DNA of 64,000 nt from Antedon mediterranea (taxonomy: Eukaryota; Animalia; Echinodermata), in NCBI RefSeq assembly GCF_964355755.1, contig NC_092672.1, forward strand, positions 20,721,237 to 20,785,236, given 5' to 3'. The first letter of the stretch is position 1. Every line of letters starts with the position of its first letter. The position numbers were made by a program, and so were the translations under genes. Positions 15,001 to 23,966 of the stretch are shown one piece after another. Under the pieces are notes generated by a model. The model did no database searches. It was not told the DNA's origin and saw nothing but the letters and a program-made list of their open reading frames with translations.

Positions 15001-18000
15001 TGCAGGATTCTTCATTATTCGGGATGCCTTTTCTACTTTCATCTCTCTTTAAATGTTGGCTTTCGAAGTCATCAACTAGATTTTCCAATGTTTGTTATCC
15101 CAATGATACCATGCTCAATGACATCGAGTTTACGATTTTCTTGTTCAATTTCGTGATCTTAATCAATTGATCTAAATCTAGCAAGTCCCTTTGTCACACA
15201 TAAATGTCCTCTCATAAATTCTGTCCAATATTTGGAATTTGTTTCAGTACTCTGTTGAAACAGGGAGGTGTTATACCTCCCTGATTGAAAGATATACAGC
15301 GAAAGCAACCGGCCGTAGTTCAGAAATATTAGATAAAAGCATGTGTACTTTCCATGTGTGCAGATATCGTCTTGTGGCTCTGATATATAATAGAAATATT
15401 GTCGACTCTCTGTATTCAAGTTTATATCATTATGATAAACGTGTTCCAAAGAAAATGAAACGTCACTTAGAATCTCTTTCTCTGTCTGCATTTTTTAAGA
15501 AAAGTGTCAGAAATTGTAGAGAAAGCAGAGTTAGTATGTGCTTCTGTGACGTCCTTTAGATATGTTTTCCATTTAGGATATTTGTGCCACTGTTGTAGGT
15601 AATACAATTTCAGTTTCAACCAATGCACTGGCCCGATGCTACATGTCTAAAAGCCATAATATAGCTCGCTGGGTCAAAATAAGAATTGCTTCTTGATGTC
15701 CTCTCTCTCCACCTCCACTAATCTGGGTCAGGCATCATCTTGCCTTTCCCTATATGAGTTGTTATACCACAACCATATGTAATGGTGGTCCATCTGTAGG
15801 GCGTATATATCTAATGAATTCGGTAGAGATTGTATAATGTGACTGTGAGAAGTCGGAGTTAATGCTTCCTATGAAGCTTGTGAATAAGCTGTATCTTTAT
15901 TTCCTTCAACCTTCGGCCAAAAGTGGTCAGGTTGAAAACTTACAATCCATACTGGTTACTATGGGCCTGAAGGTTCAGACATTTACATTTACATGGCAAT
16001 AACTCATTTATTATATTTCACATTAGGTATAAATACATTTTGTTTTACAAGAATTGAAATAAATGTTTCAGCTTTATGAAAAGAAATGAGATCTATAATT
16101 TAGAATTAGAAGTTATTGTTGAATATTTGATATCAATTTGTAAGTCGTTCCGATGAATTCATTTAATGGTCATGTGGGGTACATATATATCTATTATTAT
16201 AGAGAACATTGACATCTTAAACAGCCTAATATTAGCCAATCCAATGAGAAGTGACTATTTTAGAACATTGTATACAAACAACAATTTATGCACACATATT
16301 TTTTTTTAAATGTAATAAATTTAATTTTCAGTGGCGGCCATTTTGAAATCCAAGATGGCTGACAAATTATCGCTTTATATAGCTAAGATTGTATAATATA
16401 ATATGATATTTTAATAATACCATCAAAACGGACTTGTTCAACATTCATAATTTGTGTTATTGGTGATATTCTGATTTTAAATAGGGTTTGAATGTTGGCG
16501 GCCATCTTGAATTTGGTCCTTTAAATGTGTTTAGAAAAAATGGCAACATACTTTTTTTCATTTCTTATATTATCAACATATGAAATAAAGTCAAAGTTTG
16601 CTTTTAACAAAAAATGTACACGACATTCATATAAACGACATATCAGCCTACACTATATACTAATCCCCACTATACTCCATCCTGGCCTTAGAATACTGTT
16701 ACAGTATTGATTGATAGGCCGAGATAGAACAGGCCTCTGTTGCCATGGAAACATCTGGTTACCACTACTATAAACAATGTGACCCTACTTAACCTAGGTA
16801 GCCTACTGTACCTTAGTATGAGTAGCCTCGTCACCCTATATGAATCTAATACAGTACAATGTTCTAATAATAATTACTTAATGATTAATCAACACATATA
16901 ATATCCAATGGTCATATACAAATTACTAATGATTTATCGACTCGATTTTATCTCAATACAAAAGCTCATCATTACTGTAGATGGTTTCGGAGAAATATGG
17001 AATTTACATCCAACCCATCATTCTTGACTAGGACTAACTATGCGCGCAAAAAAAAGTTTTAACATGTATTCTACAGAAGGTACCTATGCTGAGGACTGAC
17101 TGGTAATGAGGTACAAGCCCATTTAAATTCCTAGAGGACATTGGGGTATCCCATTTCCTGCAAAGGGTTATCACTGTGACAGGATCCCCCTGTCACAAAC
17201 TCCCCTGCTATATGTAGACATCCTTGGCTACATCAATTAAACAGTCTATACTAAAGTTAAAGTTCAAATTATACATAGTTATAATGATATATATAGTATA
17301 AGTAGAAGATGCGACTTGCTGATTTCTGCAAGCACTTCCTCTGCGATTGGAGATCTTCCTTGTAAACGTCTCGAGCGTCTTGGTCCTTCAGCAGTCTCAT
17401 CGGTGTCTGCTACGGAGGGTGTCACAATTTCTGGAGCCGTTTCATTGGTGTCTGTATTGGATTGGTTTTGTTGAACGTCTGACACCGACGAATCATTGAA
17501 CTCTGCATATGAATCTCTTGAGCAACGAAATAGCTAAATTGCCTCAACACACTCCACTAGGACATGAATACCACTGATTTCGCATCGTGATATTCTACAA
17601 AACACTTGATTTTCGTGTTCCCACCTAAATATCTCGGCTATTATAAATCGGATTCTTTTGGATAGTAGCTCAAAATAAACTGTAGACAATACTGAACAAT
17701 ATGATATATGTTTGAAATTGTAAAGTTACAAAAAGGATGTGTCATTTTACGTTTTAAAACTCACCATCCATTGCCCGCTGACAGTGTGAGGTCAATTTTT
17801 TACCTATTTTCTAAAGCACAACAGTGTTTTATTTTCAATTTAAGATCACTTGTATGTCATCAATCATTTTGGATAGTTTCTTAAAAGCTGAATATTCATA
17901 GATTCCTTACATACTTTTTTTATTAGCATTGGCTTAAAATAGACTGTGTCAAAATAGCAAAATCTGTTTTAAAAAAATCTAAAAAATCCTCAAAAACGTG

Positions 18001-21000
18001 GCAAAATTCAAATAGGGTTTGCCTATGTTATCAAGCCTTCACTTGACAGACCGTTGGATTGTAGCTAAGTTTGGGGTTAATTTTTCATTATATATTTGTA
18101 AGTGGCATTTTAATTTTTATATCATTATAATGTTTGATATATAAGGAACAATTATTAGATGTTATTTAGTTCTATATGTTGTGTTTTATATACGGCCATA
18201 CTGCGTTGAAACACCGGTTCTCGTCAGATCATTAAGCAACGTTGGGCCCGGTTGCGTTCTGGATGGGAGACCGTCTAGAAATAGCGGCGGGTGCTGTATA
18301 TACACCAGAGAGTGATGGTGTAATGGTAATATCGGACTAGCATGTGATAGGCATGGGTTCGAGGTTATCTATACCATACTAATTGCCTCCTTAGGCAAGA
18401 TGCTTTACTCTCATTGCCTCGTCCTTCGGATGGGACGTAAAGCCGTTGGTCCCGTGTACTTAACAGTGCACGTTAAAGAACTTGGTACACTATTCGAAAA
18501 GAGTAGGGGATCGTCTCCCGGTGTGCTGATCTGGTAGACGCTGCACTGCTGGCTGCCGTGGGTCCGTGGAGGGCCTAATCCGAATTTCCTCAGTTTCCAG
18601 TTAAACTTGAGGACCAGTAATAATACATAAACATCTAACATTTAATATTCACAATTTCCAAATTAAGATAGGGAGCTGGGATCTACCATTTATCACTCGG
18701 GTAATGGTTATGTTTATCTTTCTGTGACCTGTTTAATGAATAGATAAATTATTACAAAGTCTGTAAATGTTTATACTATACTAGTTTATGTCATTTTAAT
18801 TTCTTTGGTTAAAAAATGTAATCAATAATTGTGAAAATAGTTGTAGTCATAATGGTTGACCCCCCAATATAATGGACGATGACAAGACTTGGGTTGCATG
18901 AACTTGGTATGAACCTATAAGTAGATAAACAGCTCAATAGGTACATATTAAACAACTGACATAGACCATTTTAAATCTCTATGTTTTGTTGTCCCTTTAT
19001 CTACCCACTAGACTAGACTCATTAATGTACAATAGATAGCATCTGATGCATCATATAGATATGGAAGACAACAAACAACTGACATAGACCATTTTAAATC
19101 TCTATGTTTTTATAGCCTCTTTATCTACCCACTAGACTAGACTCATTAATGTACAATAGATAACATCTGATGCATATGGAAGGCAACACACAACTGACAT
19201 AGACCATAGCAGAACAGTGCATTGAATCAATTGTGATACTGTACTCTTGATTATGACTAATATATATCTGTTTTTTTGTATAGATACACAGACTGCTGCT
19301 CCTCTGGCAACAAGCTCGTTAGGGACAGGTTAGTGGTTATCATTATGTATCATATGGACAGTTTGTCTGAAAATACATGAATATACATAATAGCATAACA
19401 TCTTGGTGTCATTAGCAGAATAGTTGATTTAATACTGGTATTCTTGATTATGACTAATGTATATGTTTATTTTGCATAGATGCACCTATTGCTGCTCCTT
19501 TTGCTGCAAGCTCATTAGGGACAGGTATAGGTGAGTAACATTAGATCATTAGGGACAGGTATAGGTGAGTAACATTAGATCATTAGGGACAGGTATAGGT
19601 GAGTAACATTAGATCATTAGGGACAGGTATAGGTGAGTAACATTAGATCATTAGGGACAGGTATAGGTGAGTAACATTAGATCATTAGGGACAGGTATAG
19701 GTGAGTAACATTAGATCATTAGGGACAGGTATAGGTGAGTAACATTAGATCATTAGGGACAGGTATAGGTGAGTAACATTAGATCATTAGGGACAGGTAT
19801 AGGTGAGTAACATTAGATCATTAGGGACAGGTATAGGTGAGTAACATTAGATCATTAGGGCATTGTTACAACCACTTATGTAGTACCAGCTATAATAAAA
19901 CTACTGCTAAGAGAGAAACATTAAAGATATCATATCATTTATTTCATTTGAACAAATACAAACATGAAAACAAAACAAATGTAAATCAATGAGGCAGGAT
20001 TACCTAAAATAACAGCGGAGAAGCCAAATAAGACATTCAAACATATTTAAAACATAATTAAAAACACATTTTTTGTAAGAAAGTTAAAATTGCTGTATAT
20101 GAATGACAAGATAGTTTAAATTGTATGAAGTTGAATGTATTACAGCAAAATCCACCACAGGTTAGCTAATTCTTTAAAATAATTAAAGCCGAACAAATCA
20201 GAATGGAATCATGCTAATGTTTCTTATAACTTTCAGAAACATCAAATTATCAACATTATTTTCTTTGATATTATTAATTTGAATACTATAATAACAATTT
20301 TCAAATAGTAGACAAAACTTTTCTACATAGGAAAAGTGGTCAAAATAATAACTAAAACATCCTTGAAAACAGATTGTGTGTATACTTCTAAAGACTGATC
20401 ATTTGAAATAACTAAATAATTTATGAATATGATGAAAACACTTTTATTTATTATTAATTTTAATTCCCTCGTCCAACCATCTTTCAATTTCTGTTCAATT
20501 ATTAACTCACTCTCTGCTTCTCAAGCCTCCAGAATAGATCGGACCCATAACAAGTTCTTGCACTTTGTCGGCCCAGCAGCCATCCTGCCTCCTATTGTTT
20601 CCCCGACATCTAGGAGAGCAAGACAGGATTTGCACTTCCTGTATAAATGTCTTACTTCTAAGTTTGATTGTAATCTTGTTTCGTTGTTTTATTTTAATGT
20701 TCCTGTTTGTAATCTAATCTTCGTGGTAAACCCTTTCTTCGTGTTAAATTTTCTTTTGTCGATGTTTGTAAAAATGGTATTTTCTGTAGACTCTCGTCAT
20801 TGTACAATTCATGTCTTTTAAAAAATAATTCTTTAGATATTTTTAACTGTAATTTTTCTCAATTTAAATGTATTATTAATGAAATTATTTAAATTTTCTT
20901 TTTTACATTTTTGTATATTTATATTGGCTCATATTTTATAGTTTAGTTATTTTATTTTTTTACACTGTTGGTTTGAAATAAAGAATAAAGAAATTCAAAA

Positions 21001-21737
21001 GTTGAGGCCTTAAAATTATACAAAAAAATATGGAAACCGTCATCATTAATTACTGGTTTAGCTTTAAATTATTTTCCATATCAAGCCCAACTGTGTTAAC
21101 ATAGAGCCTGATTTATTCCTTTTCTCAATGCAACTAAACAAAAGGAAACATGCCTATGATTAATATGGTGAATTGTAGTCATTAAAAATAATTCTTTATT
21201 ACAGAAACAAGTCCAAATCCACTGGAAAACAAGTTAAACAAGTTAAACTATGATCTCAGTGAAGTCTTTATGAAGAATAAGAGAAAATTCTTATTTTTGA
21301 GATGTTGTCTCTTTGATGAAGTAGATTTACAAGTCCTTGGCAATAAAGATTACAAAGCAAATGATTATTTTAATGAACTCGCTGATAAAGGAAAGATCAA
21401 ACCAACCGACGTCAACCTTCTGCGTGAAGTGGCAACACTATCAGAAATTAAACATGCTAAAGATCTTGTAAAACAGTATATGAATGACAACAATGTACAA
21501 ATTAGTAATCAACAGAAGTTGTCCCCATATAGAAAAAGATTGTGTAAGGCATTGGAACAGTTTAACCCAATTGAGTTGAATAGAGTTACAGCTTGTTATC
21601 AATTGGAACAACCAACCATTTGGGATGTAACATTTTATTTAGAGAGCAAATCCAAATTGGTAGATGAATCAGAAAGAGAGAAGTTTGCTGAGCTGCTTGG
21701 ACCAATCCCAAATAAAATAATGTGTAAGTCAATTTGA
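33..21737 (+). CDS. ROCO-family protein (Roc GTPase + COR + linker + tandem death-effector-like domains), multi-exon, 5' end outside window
   Basis: Phase-compatible GT-AG exons at 33-199, 917-1006, 1552-1710, 2058-2303, 2873-3058, 10337-10492, 10574-10855, 11104-11193, 12365-12581, 12748-12852/12858, 19284-19328, 19480-19524/19530 and 21205-21737. Roc motifs are HIWDFGGQPIYHVIQR (G3), VVCVVFNM, FILFWIRSV and LLIGTHYE (G4). COR motifs are LPIKWL, LEYLHDIGEILFY, LLQHIW, LMQTFGLMC, and YLPDDLFQRV. Confidence 0.88.
1101..1441. repeat. 57-bp minisatellite, about 6 copies, intronic
   Basis: Unit AATAGCAGATGCCTGATATATGATTGTTGTTATTTCCACTTCCATGATAGTGTTGTT. It explains the 19-aa repeat ORF 1214..1429. 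Confidence 0.95.
3288..3796. repeat. Tandem array (about 33-bp then about 74-bp units) derived from a Tc1/mariner-pogo-like MITE end
   Basis: Begins TA-CAGTAGAACCCCTATTAAAGAGGACACC, a pogo/Tigger-type terminus. The motif AGAACCCCTATTAA recurs about 9 times. Confidence 0.75.
4215..7530. mobile_element. Non-autonomous DNA transposon, Academ-like
   Basis: Perfect 16-bp TIR TAGGCCATAAGCAGTA...TACTGCTTATGGCCTA, extended by imperfect inverted matches (TATCAAAAGTTC / GAACTTTTGATA). 3-bp TSD AAA. 5'-TAG termini with a 3-bp TSD fit Academ. Confidence 0.7.
5748..6570. repeat. About 340-bp direct duplication of a (GTTT)n-containing Helitron/Helentron-like repeat, related to 4840-5300
   Basis: Blocks starting TTGCCAAGTA at about 5748 and 6085 are near-identical. 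The segment AGTGTTAAAAGATAGGA...AGCCGGCGAGCAGTCTTAAAG occurs 3 times. Confidence 0.7.
7779..10040. mobile_element. Non-autonomous DNA transposon with TTA TSD (Zator or PIF/Harbinger type)
   Basis: TIR GGCCAAATAAAAAAAtATACTTGTTAAGCGTCAC...GTGACGCTTAACAAGTATgTTTTTTTATTTGGCC, flanked by TTA on both sides. Confidence 0.8.
8113..9111. mobile_element. MULE-like non-autonomous element nested in the previous element, with an internal tandem repeat (about 8285-8670)
   Basis: Imperfect TIRs of about 70 bp (GGATTACGGTCCAAGCGGCCGCCAA... / ...TTGGCGGCCGCTTCGACCATACTCC). TSD CCTCACTC at 8105-8112 and 9112-9119. Confidence 0.8.
11349..11633 (+). mobile_element. tRNA-derived SINE with L2-type 3' tail
   Basis: A-box-like GTGGCGCAGTG and B-box-like GGTTCAAAA. 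Core AAGACACTT...TGCCTCTCTCCACCCAAGTGTA...ATGGGTAC. Tail GGCGCTTTATAAAT followed by (TAT)n. Confidence 0.7.
11783..12347 (+). mobile_element. Helentron/DINE-1-like non-autonomous element
   Basis: 5' TTATTACCTCCGCCAAGGAGGT and a (GT)n tract. Subterminal inverted repeat GGCGGAGGT, 3' hairpin GTACTCTCAGAGTAC and terminal CTAGTT. Confidence 0.75.
13438..16655 (-). mobile_element. Academ DNA transposon with degenerate transposase remnant
   Basis: Long imperfect TIRs (TAaTGTAGGCcacTATGT...TTTTTTGTTAAAAGCAAA...AATTCAAGATGGCCGCCAA at both ends) and 3-bp TSD TAT. Minus-strand peptide WTEFMRGHLCVTKGLARFRSID*DHEIEQENRKLDV..GIIGIT resembles the Academ transposase signature (recalled), with stops. Confidence 0.78.
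18189..18640 (+). mobile_element. Chimeric 5S rRNA + tRNA headed SINE with Deu-domain
   Basis: 5S-like head at 18189-18298 (TACGGCCATACTGCGTTGAAACACCGGTTCTCGTCAGATC...GGATGGGAGACCG...GGGTGCTGTA). tRNA-like segment (ATGGTGTAATGGTAA...GGTTCGAG). Deu-like core GTCCTTCGGATGGGACGTAAAGCCG...GCACGTTAAAGAA...ACTATTCGAAAAGAGTAGGGG. Confidence 0.8.
18945..19210. repeat. About 125-bp tandem duplication, intronic
   Basis: ACAACTGACATAGACCATTTTAAATCTCTATG...CATCTGATGCAT occurs twice, plus a partial third copy. Confidence 0.85.
19512..19860 (+). repeat. 34-bp perfect tandem array (about 10 copies) containing an exon 3' end and splice donors
   Basis: Unit TCATTAGGGACAGGTATAGGTGAGTAACATTAGA. The first unit overlaps exon 19480-19530. 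Confidence 0.95.
20465..20995 (+). mobile_element. 5'-truncated CR1/L2-type LINE 3' end
   Basis: Peptide RIDRTHNKFLHF...SRRARQDLHFLYKCL...FYFNVP is typical of the region C-terminal to RT. Ends in AATAAAGAATAAAG repeats. Confidence 0.65.
21205..21737 (+). CDS. Exon encoding two tandem death-effector (DED)-like folds, current last exon of the ROCO gene
   Basis: Fold 1: LNYDLSE..FLFLRCCL..DYFNELADKGKIKPTDVNLLREVA..AKDLVKQY. Fold 2: LSPYRKRLCKALEQF..IWDVTFYLESKSKL. The pattern resembles caspase-8/cFLIP DED1-DED2. Confidence 0.72.
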
Positions 21738-21871
21738 GAGATTTCTTACCTTAAATCCACAGATTGTAGGTCACGTAAATATTCTCCCACAATAACTGGC
21801 ATCAAACCAGAATTTTTAGAAAATGGTAAAAATATATTGAGAATACATTGAGTTGCCCCCTCATAATATAG

Positions 21872-21943
21872 AATGAATGCTGGACCATTAGATGTGGACC
21901 ATTAGATGATGACCGTATGATACAAAATGATTTGTTGACACAG
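21872..21943 (+). pseudogene. Decayed exon, probable start of a death domain
   Basis: Reads NAGPLDDDRMIQNDLLTQ ending at CAG|GTTAAG once a 14-bp duplication (TGGACCATTAGATG x2) is removed. Confidence 0.45.
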
Positions 21944-22028
21944 GTTAAGAACATAAAATAACAGGAATATTTTCACATCCTGACTTTTCTTTGTCACTAA
22001 GGTTCTTATACCGTTTACAACATTATAA

Positions 22029-22209
22029 CGCTCTGTCTATACTATCAAACTTTATGTGACAAAACAATGTGATGTGCAATTTTATGGACATGATGATGTC
22101 ATATCACTTGCATATTTGGGAACATCACTAACATAGTTGGGCACATCACTACCATATTTGGACACATCACACATTTTTGTTAAACTAATTTGATAGTGTA
22201 GACAGAGCT
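22029..22209. mobile_element. MITE, Harbinger-like
   Basis: TIR GCTCTGTCTAtACTATCAAA...TTTGATAGTgTAGACAGAGC. Confidence 0.7.
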
Positions 22210-22434
22210 TACAACTGCCATTTGAGCAGGCAAATACTGTTTTATTACTATTTGTGTTATTTATTCTTAATTATTTTATAGTAATGTTATTTATCATCAT
22301 GTGTCAGGAAACTGTAAAAGGAGATTTTGTGCTAAAACAATTTATGTCATTGTGAGAAAGCTTGTTTAACTAAAGAAAGTGTATACCTTGTTTTAAACTT
22401 TCATTGTGATAATTTTTAGGCAACAAAGAAGATG

Positions 22435-23035
22435 ATCATTGAGGCAACACTGAATACACCATTGAAGAACCATTGAGGCACCACTGAGACACCATTACGG
22501 CAACACTGAAGACACTATTGAAGATGCCTTTGAAGAACCACTGAGACACCATTGCGGCAACACTGACGACAATATTGATGATGCCACTGAGGAACCATTG
22601 AGGCACCACTGAGACACCATTGCATCAACACTGAAGACACTATTGAAGATGCCATTGAGGAACCTTTGAGGAACCTTTGAGGCACCACTGAGACACCACT
22701 GAGACACTATTGAAGATGCCATTGAGGAACCTTTGAGGCACCACTGAGACACCATTGAAGATGACATTGAGGAACCTTGAGGCACAACTGAGACACCATG
22801 TAGCACCACTGAGCCACCATTGAGGCAGCATTGACACACAATTGGGACATCACTGAGCCACCATTGAAACACCACTGATACACCATTGAGGCACCACTGG
22901 GGCACCACTGACACACACTTGAGACATCACTGAGTCACCATTGAAACACAACTGAGCAACCGTTGAGGCACCACTGAGCCACCATTAAGGCACCACTGAT
23001 ACACCGTTGAGGCACCACTGAAGAACCATTGAGAT
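22435..23035. repeat. Degenerate 11-bp minisatellite (CACCATTGAGG/CACCACTGAGA)
   Basis: Directly visible periodicity. It is the source of the SQWCL-rich spurious ORFs. Confidence 0.9.
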
Positions 23036-23966
23036 AGCATTAAGTATGTGAAGCCAACCAAGTGAAGGCAAGTTACGAGTGGATAGAGATATAATAGAGT
23101 AATATTAAAATTATTGTCATAATGATAAACAAAATATGATAATATCAAGGAAGTTGGTGATAAAGATGACATTGACGTTGAATAAATGTTTACTTTAGGA
23201 CAGTATATGAATGATTTTTTTTTTTTTATTAAATGGGAAGAATATTTTCTGCCTCGTTAAATAGAACATATACCCGTTCCAGTCCATAAATATTCATTAT
23301 TTTGTATAATGTTTACTGAATGTAAACTGTAAATTTTAATTCATTCCTTAATTCAGGGTTCGTACACCTGTGAGCTAGTAAAATTCCAGGACATTTCAAG
23401 GACATTCAATGTCAACATTTTAAAATTTCAAGGACATTATTATACCTAAATATTAAGTTCAACAGATTAATAAAAAAAATGAATTCGTAGTTACGATGTT
23501 TTTCAGAAATTCAAGTACTAACTGTAGCCACTAAAAAAACATACAGTACTGAAAACATAGGCGTGGGAAATCGAGTAAAATGACACGTAACGGTAGTAAA
23601 GCGTAAAGAGTTGTAACAACTCCCTGGTAAAGCCTTTGTGGAACCGCGCCAGACTTCCGCGCCTATCGAGGGTAGTCACGGCGTGTATTGAACAAAGGCT
23701 GATGTTTCCATAGTCACTGCACTGTCGACGATATTTGGTAATTTGATACTACTATAGGATGACGTTCTACAATTCGTTCGGAATTCGGAGTTTAAATGCC
23801 GTTTCTGTATATCGTATGTTTTTTTTAGAAGGTATAAATAAAAGAAATCAAACCATATTCTAATTCACTCTGAACTTTATTCAAAACGATCATAAACACA
23901 TGAGATTTTTACATTGTTTATTTTTTACAACTTAGCAATTTCTGCTAATTTAATCTACACAATAAC

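Noticed and set aside
17279-17485. Protein-like ORF with RRSRRL motif
   Set aside because: It has no recognisable domain or partner exons. It is probably a transposon fragment, but I could not define termini.
18189-18298. Functional 5S rRNA gene
   Set aside because: It has internal deletions and substitutions, no oligo-T terminator, and runs directly into a SINE body.
22495-23172. SQWCL-rich ORFs
   Set aside because: They are products of an 11-bp degenerate minisatellite.
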